Assembly (NCBI GenBank): GCA_028700905.1
Contig: JAQVRT010000002.1
Location: forward strand, 1-32,000
DNA length: 32,000 nucleotides
Origin: Candidatus Iainarchaeum sp.
Lineage (GTDB): Archaea > Iainarchaeota > Iainarchaeia > Iainarchaeales > CSSED10-239
Direction: 5' to 3'
In this document: piece after piece, positions 8,858 through 18,473 of the stretch
Numbering within the stretch: position 1 is the first letter of the stretch
Layout of the letters: each line of letters opens with the position of its first letter
Position numbers and translations under genes: made by a program
The notes under the pieces: generated by a model
Told to the model about the DNA's origin: nothing
The model's database searches: none
The model's input: only the letters and a program-made list of their open reading frames with translations

Positions 8858-9208
8858 ATGAAAATGTTTTTAGGAATACTAAGTACAGGAAAAGGAACTT
8901 GGGGACAAGTAGCTCACATTATCGATAACACTGATTATGATAAAGTTTATTTAATCTCAAATGAATGGGCACAAGATAAATTTACTTGTTCAAAAAAAGT
9001 AAACTGGATAATTATTGATCCAAGAAAAGGTTTTTCAGAAATTGTTGATGATATTGAAAATCAAATGCCTAAAGATTTAAAAGATATTGAACTGAACATA
9101 CATTCTGGAAGCGGAAAAGAACATAGTGCAATATTATCTATTCTTTTAAAAAGTAACATAAAATTTAAAATAGTAACAATAAATGCAGAAGGAATCGTAA
9201 GATATTAG
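8858..9208 (+). CDS. mini Rossmann-like alpha/beta protein with weak CARF-like signatures
   Basis: 116-aa ORF whose ATG directly abuts the stop of the wHTH gene (TAAATG). It shows an alternating beta/alpha pattern. An N-terminal FLGILSTGKGTWGQV resembles the CARF first-strand motif (..S.LGTS..). NIHSGSGKEHSAIL sits where CARF proteins carry D-x-T-x-G-x-[RK]. Confidence 0.55.
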   Translation: MKMFLGILSTGKGTWGQVAHIIDNTDYDKVYLISNEWAQDKFTCSKKVNWIIIDPRKGFSEIVDDIENQMPKDLKDIELNIHSGSGKEHSAILSILLKSNIKFKIVTINAEGIVRY

Positions 9209-9220
9209 GAGATACAAAAG

Positions 9221-12200
9221 TTGATTGATAAAAAAATATACATATATTTTTTATTGATTTTACTAGTAAGCCTTTCAGGTTGCCTTGAATTTATTACCAC
9301 TAGAGAAAAGCAAGCTTGTCTTGCTTTAACTCACTATTCATCTACTTCTATAGACGATTGTACGTCTCAAAATAAATGCTTTTTAGAAATTGAAAAATTA
9401 TCTATTGAAAAAAATAACAAATTACCTCTTTCCTTAAGTCAAAATATAGACACTTATAAAAACTATCTTGCCTCTAGTCATTACTATTATACACTTACAA
9501 AAGAAGAATTAGATTTATTACATGAAGGGTGTGAAAAAGAAGAGGTAAAAACTATTTTAGGACATTATAATAAAACAATGGACCTTTTTTCTAAAACATT
9601 TGCATATGTTAATAATGCAACTAAAAAAAGCATGTATCTTATTATTGATTATACCTTATTTCTAGAAAAACAAGAAGTTAATTTAATTCCAGAAGAAGAA
9701 ATATTTCAAGATTATATATTATTAAATGATAATATTAATTTTATGAAAAAACAAATAGAAAATGAAAGTTATTTATCAAAAGTGGATCAAGAGATTAAAA
9801 AATTACACACTTATTCTAAAGAATTAGGTTTTAATGAAACTTATCTTTCAAAAGAAAATGTTTCTGACCTTACATTATATTATCTTGAAATATACGAAAA
9901 AGAAATTAATTCACAAGAAATTAATCTTCCAGAAATATTAAGAATAAATAGTTTTGTATATAAAAAATTATCAAATATAGAAGATTTAAGAAATATAAAT
10001 TATAATTTAAATAAACTAGATGGTTATAACTTTTATATTTTAATGGATAAATTAGTTGGTAAAGAAAAATCTTTAGTCACAGAATTTATTATACTTAATA
10101 ATAAAGTAAATGATAGTCTAAACATAGTTTATGAAAAAATAAATAACTATCAAATAGAAATTGAAAAAAATAAAAATTATCTTACAACTGAAAAATATAA
10201 TTATTACCTTAAAGAAAAAAATAATTTTGAAAATAAAACAATTACATTTGGAAGATATTTATCTGAATTAAAAGAAATAAATTTAGAAATTTTACAAAAC
10301 CAAGAAATTATTGAACAAGAAAAGTTAGAAAATTCAGAATTGTTTGCATGTGATATTTTAGTTGAAAATTTAGAAAATCAAAGTAACTTGTATATATCTA
10401 AACTAATTACAGATTATAAAGAAAGTAATAACCTTGTTGAAAAAATAAATTATTGTGAAAAAATAAAAAATGCTATTGAAATTAAAAATTGTCAAGAAAT
10501 AATGTATGCTATAATTGATAGTGGAATTGAAGAAATAAAAGATTATGAACTATATGTGTATTCTACAGAAAATGATTGTTTAGAACACATAAATAACATA
10601 AATTATAAACTTGAAAGTAATACTCAAATAATAGAGTTAAGGAAAAACATACAAGATATAGAGAGAAAACTTAGTGAAATATATATAGAAAACAAGCAAG
10701 AAGAAAATTACGCACTAATTAGCGAAATTGAAAAAGATATAAAAAATATAACCTCAAAAACAAATGTAGAACTTATTTTAAACATTAGTAGTAATTTTGA
10801 AAAAATAAATAAAATAAATACAGAACTAGATAAATTAATTAAAAAAATAATTGCAGAAAATAAAAATTACACTATTAAAAAAATAAATGAAGAATATTAT
10901 TTAGAAATTGAAAATAAATTTTCTCAAGTCATATTAAATTTAGAATTTAATAACCCATATATTAATTTAATCTCAAAAGATCCAGAGTTAAATGTTAATA
11001 AAAGTAAAATAAAGGTACTTAAAGTAAATCCTGGAAAAAATTATTTTTTAGTAGAGTATGAAAATAATAAGAAAATAAATTACGAAATAATATATCTTGC
11101 ATTAAATGAAAGTATTGTAAAAATAACTATTGAAAATGAGGTAGAAGGAATATATGATTCATTGAATTTCATACCGGGATTTACAGTTAAAAACAAAGAT
11201 GTAGAAATTAAAGATGACAAAATATATTATTATACAAAAAATATAAATGAATTTTATGTTTACGGACCTTTATTTGAAACAAATATAAATAAAAAAATAG
11301 AAGAAATAAATACAGAAAAATTTATACTAACAACAAACATCACAATTAAAAATAATTTCTTTGAAAAAATAAATCACAAATTAATTATTAAAGAACATAA
11401 AGAAAATGAAGTAAATAGCTTTTATAAAAATAACAAAGAATTAAATTTAATTGAAGAAAATAATATGTTACTCTACAATATTGAAATAAAAGAAAAAGAG
11501 GTTATTGATTTTATATTAAAAACATTAGTTGAAAAAGAAAATGTGTATAAAGAAATTAGAGAAATGATATTAGCTGCAGAAAAATTAAAAAACACAAGAT
11601 ATTTAGACATACAAAACCAAGCTCAAAAAGACGTGAAATATTTGTTGGACACAACATATTCTGAAAACTACACTATTGAAGACATTGAAAAAATATATTC
11701 TTACTATAACCTTTTACAACAATTATTAGAAAAAAACAATAATTATGAAGTTATTGAAGAAAATTATTTACTTACTCTTAATGAGATATTAAAATATGAA
11801 CTAACTTTAACTGAAGAGAATAAATTGCAAAAAATAGAATTAAATAAATATGAAAACATGATTTTAGCAGAAAAAGAAATTACTAAATTACTAATAGATA
11901 TTAAAAAAAGGAACGAAAATTTAGAAGAAAAAAATAAAAGTTTAGAAATTGCAGAATTTAAGGAACTAAATGAAATTATTTATGAAAATAATTTAGAAAA
12001 TATTGATTTAGATTTATTAAGTAAAGATAAAAATATCACTGAAATTAAAGACATAATAAATCAAAAATTAAAAGAAAAAGCAGAAGAACTTTATTATTAT
12101 ATAAACCCAATTACAAATAATTTAGAAGAAGATAAAATTACAGAAATTATTAATAAAACTTATTTATTGTACGAAACATATAGTTTAACAGACCTTTATT

Positions 12201-12709
12201 CAATAGGATATTTTTCAGGAATTACAGAAAATGATGCAAAAAGATTAGAAAAAAACTATTCTTTTTTAGAAAGTGTGCTTTTTAATAAAGAACTTTCAAA
12301 TTTTGATGAAAAATACAATGAAAAAGATTATAAAGGTGCACTTAATTCTATTTCATTAGAAACAATTAACAGAATAGATAAAATAAAATCTGATTATGAT
12401 AATTTAACATCTGGTTTAATTGAAATTAAAAATGATGCAAAAAAAGAAATTATTGAATATCAAAAAAAAGAATATGATCTAGAAACATTGAATTTTGCAA
12501 AAACCAATTATGATGACGAAAAATATCTTGATGTAATATATGTACTTAAACAAAAAGGTCCAATTACAAAAAATTCAACAAAAACACAATATTTGTTAAT
12601 TACAATAGTTGTGATTTTATTTATTAGTTTATACGCTTATTTAAGGTTAGGTAATAAAAAGAAAGAAAAAACCATTGCTGAGAAAAAGAAAAAAATATTA
12701 AGACATTAA
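9221..12709 (+). CDS. giant coiled-coil surface lipoprotein with C-terminal membrane anchor
   Basis: 1162-aa ORF with a TTG start, and GGAG 9-12 nt upstream (taggagatacaaaagTTG). It has a signal peptide ending in the lipobox-like LSGC, more than 1000 aa of N/K/E/I-rich heptad-like sequence, and a C-terminal TM (YLLITIVVILFISLYAYL) plus a basic tail. Confidence 0.75.
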   Translation: MIDKKIYIYFLLILLVSLSGCLEFITTREKQACLALTHYSSTSIDDCTSQNKCFLEIEKLSIEKNNKLPLSLSQNIDTYKNYLASSHYYYTLTKEELDLLHEGCEKEEVKTILGHYNKTMDLFSKTFAYVNNATKKSMYLIIDYTLFLEKQEVNLIPEEEIFQDYILLNDNINFMKKQIENESYLSKVDQEIKKLHTYSKELGFNETYLSKENVSDLTLYYLEIYEKEINSQEINLPEILRINSFVYKKLSNIEDLRNINYNLNKLDGYNFYILMDKLVGKEKSLVTEFIILNNKVNDSLNIVYEKINNYQIEIEKNKNYLTTEKYNYYLKEKNNFENKTITFGRYLSELKEINLEILQNQEIIEQEKLENSELFACDILVENLENQSNLYISKLITDYKESNNLVEKINYCEKIKNAIEIKNCQEIMYAIIDSGIEEIKDYELYVYSTENDCLEHINNINYKLESNTQIIELRKNIQDIERKLSEIYIENKQEENYALISEIEKDIKNITSKTNVELILNISSNFEKINKINTELDKLIKKIIAENKNYTIKKINEEYYLEIENKFSQVILNLEFNNPYINLISKDPELNVNKSKIKVLKVNPGKNYFLVEYENNKKINYEIIYLALNESIVKITIENEVEGIYDSLNFIPGFTVKNKDVEIKDDKIYYYTKNINEFYVYGPLFETNINKKIEEINTEKFILTTNITIKNNFFEKINHKLIIKEHKENEVNSFYKNNKELNLIEENNMLLYNIEIKEKEVIDFILKTLVEKENVYKEIREMILAAEKLKNTRYLDIQNQAQKDVKYLLDTTYSENYTIEDIEKIYSYYNLLQQLLEKNNNYEVIEENYLLTLNEILKYELTLTEENKLQKIELNKYENMILAEKEITKLLIDIKKRNENLEEKNKSLEIAEFKELNEIIYENNLENIDLDLLSKDKNITEIKDIINQKLKEKAEELYYYINPITNNLEEDKITEIINKTYLLYETYSLTDLYSIGYFSGITENDAKRLEKNYSFLESVLFNKELSNFDEKYNEKDYKGALNSISLETINRIDKIKSDYDNLTSGLIEIKNDAKKEIIEYQKKEYDLETLNFAKTNYDDEKYLDVIYVLKQKGPITKNSTKTQYLLITIVVILFISLYAYLRLGNKKKEKTIAEKKKKILRH

Positions 12710-12758
12710 AGATAAGAATATAAATTAATTGATAGATATAATATATTGTGAAGTATAT

Positions 12759-13922
12759 ATGAATTATAAGTATTTTCTATTAATTATTGGAATAATATTA
12801 GTTTCAAATCTATTGTTTGCAACAACAATCGATGAAACCACTTTAAATATATTAAATAAAGGCGATATTGTTGTTGAAAAAGGAAATAGTTTTTGTAAAG
12901 ATTATTCTTTTAATCTAAAAACTGATGAATTTACAGAAACCTATCTTCAATTAATGCTAAAAAACTACATACCTATATCTAAAGGTGTTGCAATTAATAT
13001 AAAGGTAAATGATAAAAACATTACAGAAATAATTGATAAGGATATTAAGGAAAAAAATATAGTTTATTTAGGAAAATTAGAATCTATTAATAACAAATTA
13101 GAAATTTGTGTTGAAAATAATTTTTTACCAAGATTAATTATAGATTCAGATAGTTTAATTGGAACATATTATAACTCAAAAATAACTGATGATGATTTTT
13201 ATCAAGATGCACCTTCTATAGCATATGTAAATACCTTAATACCTATAACCATACATGTAAGAAATAGTGGTTATGCAGATACTTATATTGAGCTTGAAAA
13301 TGCATCGAATTTATTTATATACAATTCAAATTTAGAAAATGTTTCAGGAGAAACAAGTTTTCAAGGAATTCTTAAAGCACAAAGTGAAATTAAAATAGAT
13401 TATTTTGTAAAAACAGATTCAAATAATACTTTTGCAACCCCTATTGCAAATTTAAAATATAAAGATGTTTTTGATCAAGAAATTACAAAAAAAATTAAAC
13501 AAAAAATAATAAATATTTCAGAAAAAGAAAATGCATTAGAAAATCACATTGATATTCAAAAAATTATTACTCCTAAAGAAGAACAAACAGGGCACTTAAT
13601 AATAATTAATAATTCTGAAAAAGAAGTTACAGATCTTTATATTAAACCTTATTTTAATGGAGAAATAATTCTTTCTCAAGAAAAAATAAATTTAATTAAA
13701 GCAAAAGATGTAGTTGAAATACCATTTATTATTAAAACCTATAAAGAAGGAGAACACACCTTAAATTTTAATCTTAATTATTTAGAAAATGAGGTTGTAA
13801 AAAATATTGGAACTCAGACAATAATTGTTAATTCAAAAAATCCAGATACTTCTGAAAATACAGCAATAACTATTTTATTAATAATTACTGTGTTTTTATT
13901 CATATGGATTGTAAAGATTTAA
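12759..13922 (+). CDS. surface protein with two CARDB/S-layer-like (COG1361-type) domains and a C-terminal TM anchor
   Basis: The track ORF starts at TTG 12729. The ATG at 12759 gives a clean signal peptide (MNYKYFLLIIGIILVSNLLFA). The segments IPITIHVRNSGYADTYIELENAS and GHLIIINNSEKEVTDLYIKP resemble CARDB-type repeats. The C-terminal helix is AITILLIITVFLFIWIV. Confidence 0.7.
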   Translation: MNYKYFLLIIGIILVSNLLFATTIDETTLNILNKGDIVVEKGNSFCKDYSFNLKTDEFTETYLQLMLKNYIPISKGVAINIKVNDKNITEIIDKDIKEKNIVYLGKLESINNKLEICVENNFLPRLIIDSDSLIGTYYNSKITDDDFYQDAPSIAYVNTLIPITIHVRNSGYADTYIELENASNLFIYNSNLENVSGETSFQGILKAQSEIKIDYFVKTDSNNTFATPIANLKYKDVFDQEITKKIKQKIINISEKENALENHIDIQKIITPKEEQTGHLIIINNSEKEVTDLYIKPYFNGEIILSQEKINLIKAKDVVEIPFIIKTYKEGEHTLNFNLNYLENEVVKNIGTQTIIVNSKNPDTSENTAITILLIITVFLFIWIVKI

Positions 13923-15673
13923 ACAATTCTTTTAAATAATATTTCAAGATCTTTTATAGATAAAAATATAATTGTTGGTCTTCCATGAGCACAAATACCT
14001 TTATCTTTACAAAGATTTAATTTTTTAATAAGTTCTATTTGTTCATGTATGCTTAGATAATCATTAGCTTTAATTGATTCTTTACAAGATCTTAATTTTA
14101 AAAGACTATCTTTAAGTTTTAAAACTTCATTATTACCTTCTTCTATATCTTTTAAAAGATTTAAAAATAAATTCTTATCAAAATATTTATTTAAAAATAA
14201 AGGAATTGTCTTTAAAAAATAGACCTCGTTTTTTAGATAATATTCAAAACCAATTTTTTTAAAAATTTCAATATTATTATTTAAAATTTCTTTATGTGAT
14301 TCAGATATAAAATCTAAAGAAATTTCTGAAATTAAATTTTGTTTTTCAACATAATCTGAATACTTCAATCTATTTTTTTCTAAATTTATTCTTTCATCAG
14401 CAGCATGTTGATCAATTAATATCATACCTTTGTCAGTTTCACAAATAATAAAGGTATTTTTTATTTGACCGAGTATTTTTGTAATATTGTGTTCAAATAA
14501 AGTTAAATTATCTGTATTATTAAATGAATTATTGTTTTCATAAAGTGGTTTTTGAAGATCACTTCTAAAAAATGGAACCTCTCTATTACTTGAAAAATTA
14601 TTATTTGAATAATTATATTGAACTGGTTTTTCAAAAGAAGAATTATTAGAAGGCTTAGAAGAAATAAAATCTTTTAATGAATTATGTTCTAAAGCAGGTG
14701 CGAATTTACCTAAGGAGGCATCTAATTTATTTGATAATTCTCTTTTAAACTCAGATAAAAACAACATTTCATTCTGTAATTTAACCACTCTTTTTTTAGG
14801 ATGTACATTTACATCAATTGTTCTTGGATCTAGTTCAATAAAAAGAATAAAAAATGGTTTTTGTTGTATCATTAAATAATCTTTATAAGAATCTATGATT
14901 GCTTTATAAATCTGAGGTGAAAACACAAATCTCTTATTAATAAATAAAAAATTTGAAGGAAAATAAACTGGATTTTGAGGATTTGTTAAAATCCCTTTAA
15001 CTTTAAATAATTCAGTGTCAATATTAAGATTTATAGTTTTTGTTTTAATTTCAGAACCATATATTTGAACTAACCTATTTTCAAAATCTGTTTTTGGAAA
15101 TATTATATTTTTCTTTTCAGAAATAAATTTAAAAGTGATGTTTGGGTTTAATAAAGCATTTGCAAGAAAAACTTCATATAATTTTGAATATTCAAAACTT
15201 TTTGATTTTAGAAATTTTTTTCTCACAGGAACATTATAAAATAAATCTTGAACTGTTATAGTGGTCCCTTTATTTGAAGATACTTGAGAAATATTGTTGT
15301 TTTCTAAAAGATATCCTTTTCCATCATTTGTTGTAGAAGAAACAATTTTAAATTTTGAAACAGCAGCAATTGTAGATAAAGCCTCACCTCTAAAGCCAAA
15401 ACTATCAATAGAGTAAAGGTCATCAATTTTTTCAAGTTTACTTGTAGTATATTTTTCAAGACAAATTTCTAAATCTTCTTTTAAAATACCAGTTCCATCA
15501 TCTTTTATTTTTATTAAATCTAAACCAGAAGATTTTATTTCAACAACTATTTCTGTTGCTTTAGCATCAACTGAATTTTCTAAAAGCTCTTTTAAAATAT
15601 CGCTTGGCCCTTCAATTACTTCTCCCGCACTTATTAGATTTATTGTTTCTTGAGATAATTTTTTAATAAACAT
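13919..15673 (-). CDS. mutL: DNA mismatch repair protein MutL (endonuclease-type)
   Basis: 584 aa. It has a GHKL ATPase N-terminus (ISAGEVIEGPSDILKELLENSVDA, FGFRGEAL), a C-terminal endonuclease motif DQHAADERINLE and CAHGRPT. Confidence 0.9.
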   Translation of the reverse strand: MFIKKLSQETINLISAGEVIEGPSDILKELLENSVDAKATEIVVEIKSSGLDLIKIKDDGTGILKEDLEICLEKYTTSKLEKIDDLYSIDSFGFRGEALSTIAAVSKFKIVSSTTNDGKGYLLENNNISQVSSNKGTTITVQDLFYNVPVRKKFLKSKSFEYSKLYEVFLANALLNPNITFKFISEKKNIIFPKTDFENRLVQIYGSEIKTKTINLNIDTELFKVKGILTNPQNPVYFPSNFLFINKRFVFSPQIYKAIIDSYKDYLMIQQKPFFILFIELDPRTIDVNVHPKKRVVKLQNEMLFLSEFKRELSNKLDASLGKFAPALEHNSLKDFISSKPSNNSSFEKPVQYNYSNNNFSSNREVPFFRSDLQKPLYENNNSFNNTDNLTLFEHNITKILGQIKNTFIICETDKGMILIDQHAADERINLEKNRLKYSDYVEKQNLISEISLDFISESHKEILNNNIEIFKKIGFEYYLKNEVYFLKTIPLFLNKYFDKNLFLNLLKDIEEGNNEVLKLKDSLLKLRSCKESIKANDYLSIHEQIELIKKLNLCKDKGICAHGRPTIIFLSIKDLEILFKRIV

Positions 15674-15683
15674 ATATTTTCAC

Positions 15684-18203
15684 TTATTTTTTATAATCTT
15701 CTAATTTTTTTTGTTCTTTTTTAAAAAGAATTCTTTTTTCATCTTGATTATTTTTTTTAACTTCTTGCAAATTAGTAGAAGATTTATTTTGTTTTAAAAA
15801 AACATCTTCTTCTAAATCCCTTTGAATTAATAATGCTTTTTCAATAATTTCTTCTGGAAGACCAGCAATTTTAGCAACTTGAATTCCATAACTTTTATTA
15901 ATTCCACCTTTAATAAGTTTATGATAAAAAACTAAATTATTATCTTCTTCTTTTGCAGTAACATGGTAATTACTAATTCCTTCAAATAATTCTTCCATTT
16001 TATTTAGTTGATGATAATGGGTTGCAACTAAAGTTTTTGATTTAACTATATTATTTAAATAATCTGTAATTGACCAAGCAAGACTTAATCCATCATAAGT
16101 ACTTGTACCTCTTCCAACTTCATCTAGAATAATAAAACTATTATTTGTACAATGATTTAAAATATAAGAAATTTCAGACATCTCAACTAAAAAAGTACTT
16201 TGACCATGTAAAATATCATCAGAAGCACCAATTCTTGTGAAAATTCCATCAATTAAACCAATTTCAGCATCTGTTGCAGGAACAAAGCAACCAACATGTC
16301 CAAGAATAATTGCAAGACAAACACTTCTCATATAACTACTTTTACCAGACATATTCGGACCAGTAATTATCATTGTTCTTTCTAAGTTATCTAAAGTACA
16401 ATCATTTGGTATAAATTCAATATTTTTTTCAATAATTGGATGTCTTAAATTTTTAAATGTTAATTTATTAGAATCATTTATAATTGGTCTTGAATAATTA
16501 TTATATAAAGATACATTTGCAAATGAATAATAAACATCAAGTTCTGAAATTAAACTTGCAACTAAACTTATTTCTTCTCTATAGGTATTGATCTCTTTAC
16601 AAATTTCTAAAAAAATATTATATTCTAGTTCAATTCTTTTTTCTTGAGCATTTAAAACAATTATTTCTTTTTCAGATAATTCTTTTGTTGTAAATCTTTC
16701 TGCGTTTACAAGTGTTTGTTTTCTCTCAAAATAAGAAGGCACTTCTTTTGATTGTGCTTTTGGAATTTCTATATAATATCCAAATACTTTATTAAATTTT
16801 ACTTTTAAAGATTTAATATTTGTTTCATTTTTTAATCTTGCTTCAAATTCAACTAACCAAGAATTAATATTTTTAGAAGTATAAATTAAATCACTTAATT
16901 CTTTTGAATAACCTGGTTTTATAAATTTACCTTCTCTAACTGTAAAAGGAGGTTCTTCAACAATTGAAATATTAATTAATTCATGTAATTTATCTAAAGT
17001 AATTAACTCACTGTTTAATATTTTTAAATTTTTAGAAGAAGTACTCTCTAAAATCATTTTTATTTTTGGAAGTATTGAAAGACTTTGTTTTAAAGAAATT
17101 AAATCTCTTGGATTTGCATTACCAAAACCAATTTTACTAATTATTTTTTCAATATCTCCAATATACGATAAATTAAAAGAAATCTCTTGCATTAAATGTT
17201 GATTATTAATTAATTCTTCAACAGAATCATAAATATCATTTAATTTTTCTTTATCTAGTATAGGGTGTAATAAATCAAAATATAATTTTCTATAACCCAT
17301 AGGTGTTTTTGTATGATTAATTAAATGGAATAAAGAGTTTTTTATTGAAAAATCTTGAAGATTATAAACTAATTCTAAATTTCTAACAGTTTTTCGATCT
17401 AATTTTAAATATTTGTTTAATGAATATTCTTTTATAGTTGTAATATAGCTTAAATTTGAAAATTGAGTTTCTTTTAAATATTTAATAGCATTATATGCTG
17501 ATAAAATAATTTCTGATGATTGGTTACTTGAAATCATCCCAAAAGGAGTTAAAGATTTCATGTTGAAGTGATTTAGTAGCTCTTGATAGGCAAATTCAAC
17601 ATCTAAATTTTCTGTATAGTTTATAATGGTGCTCGGTATTGCTTTTTTAATAAGATTAAGTTGATCTATATTTTTTAAAATATTCTTTGTTAATAATATT
17701 TCTTTTGGTTTATTTAATATAAGTTCATTTAAAAGATTTGAAAAATCATTAAAAGAAGTAATTTTAAATTCACCTGTAGTAATATCAACTAAAGAAAATC
17801 CAAATTTATCTTTATAATTTGTAATAGAGCATAAAAAATTATTATCATAGGAATCATTAAAAAAAGTACTAGGAGTAATTATTCTTGTAACTGCTCTTTT
17901 AACCAGACCTTTTGCAAATTTAGGATTTTCTATTTGATCGCAAATTACTACTTTTTTTCCAGATTTAATTAATTTTGCAATATAAGGATCAATTGAATGG
18001 TAAGGTATACCTGCAAGAGGAGCTTCAGTTGCCCCTTTACCTCTTTTGGTTAAAGTTATGTTTAGGATACTCGATGCTTCTTTTGCATCATCAAAAAACA
18101 TTTCATAAAAATCTCCCGCTCTAAAAAGTAAAATACCTTCAGGGTATTGCTTTTTAGTTTCAACATATTGTTTCATCATAGGAGTATATGTTTTATCATC
18201 CAT
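15684..18203 (-). CDS. mutS: DNA mismatch repair protein MutS (MutS1 type)
   Basis: TPMMKQY..K...P..ILLFRAGDFYEMF is the mismatch-binding Phe-x-Glu motif. It also has Walker A GPNMSGKS, DEVGRGTSTYDG and a THYH motif. The ATG at 18203 (MDDKTYTPMM) is preferred over the track start at 18227. Confidence 0.92.
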   Translation of the reverse strand: MDDKTYTPMMKQYVETKKQYPEGILLFRAGDFYEMFFDDAKEASSILNITLTKRGKGATEAPLAGIPYHSIDPYIAKLIKSGKKVVICDQIENPKFAKGLVKRAVTRIITPSTFFNDSYDNNFLCSITNYKDKFGFSLVDITTGEFKITSFNDFSNLLNELILNKPKEILLTKNILKNIDQLNLIKKAIPSTIINYTENLDVEFAYQELLNHFNMKSLTPFGMISSNQSSEIILSAYNAIKYLKETQFSNLSYITTIKEYSLNKYLKLDRKTVRNLELVYNLQDFSIKNSLFHLINHTKTPMGYRKLYFDLLHPILDKEKLNDIYDSVEELINNQHLMQEISFNLSYIGDIEKIISKIGFGNANPRDLISLKQSLSILPKIKMILESTSSKNLKILNSELITLDKLHELINISIVEEPPFTVREGKFIKPGYSKELSDLIYTSKNINSWLVEFEARLKNETNIKSLKVKFNKVFGYYIEIPKAQSKEVPSYFERKQTLVNAERFTTKELSEKEIIVLNAQEKRIELEYNIFLEICKEINTYREEISLVASLISELDVYYSFANVSLYNNYSRPIINDSNKLTFKNLRHPIIEKNIEFIPNDCTLDNLERTMIITGPNMSGKSSYMRSVCLAIILGHVGCFVPATDAEIGLIDGIFTRIGASDDILHGQSTFLVEMSEISYILNHCTNNSFIILDEVGRGTSTYDGLSLAWSITDYLNNIVKSKTLVATHYHQLNKMEELFEGISNYHVTAKEEDNNLVFYHKLIKGGINKSYGIQVAKIAGLPEEIIEKALLIQRDLEEDVFLKQNKSSTNLQEVKKNNQDEKRILFKKEQKKLEDYKK

Positions 18204-18263
18204 AATATAATATATAATAGAAAACAATTAAAAATAGTAATTTTAAATTTAAATAAAGATAAA

Positions 18264-18337
18264 TGGCTCCGGTGGGATTTGAACCCACGACACATAGGTC
18301 TTCAGCCTATTGCTCTCCCAGGCTGAGCTACGGAACC
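18264..18337 (-). tRNA. tRNA-Phe (GAA)
   Basis: Hand-folded cloverleaf on the minus strand: GGTTCCG/TA/GCTC-loop-GAGC/A/ATAGG-CTGAAGA-CCTAT/GTGTC/GTGGG-TTCAAAT-CCCAC/CGGAGCC/A. All stems pair (one G-U), the anticodon is GAA, length is 74 nt, and no CCA is encoded. Confidence 0.9.
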
Positions 18338-18363
18338 ATTATTTTTTTAAAATATTAAGGAAG

Positions 18364-18438
18364 TGAGCTCGGTGGGATTTGAACCCACGACACCTGGATT
18401 AAGAGTCCAGTGCTCTTACCAGACTGAGCTACGAGCCC
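18364..18438 (-). tRNA. tRNA-Lys (CUU)
   Basis: Cloverleaf: GGGCTCG/TA/GCTC-loop-GAGC/A/CTGGA-CTCTTAA-TCCAG/GTGTC/GTGGG-TTCAAAT-CCCAC/CGAGCTC/A. The anticodon is CTT, length is 75 nt, and no CCA is encoded. Confidence 0.9.
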
Positions 18439-18473
18439 TAATAATTATTTTAAAATAAAAAAATAATAGAAAG

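Noticed and set aside
12729-12758. Upstream non-ATG or extended starts given by the ORF track (TTG 12729, TTG 6117, and the extensions to 18227 and 4184)
   Set aside because: The extra N-terminal residues (MIDIIYCEVY, MEIL, MFSIIYYI, MFYIFFYIIYFGVT) look like read-through of AT-rich leader sequence. Internal ATGs give canonical N-termini: a signal peptide for 12759, MDDKTYTPMMKQY for MutS, and MAKSKKK for DUF373.
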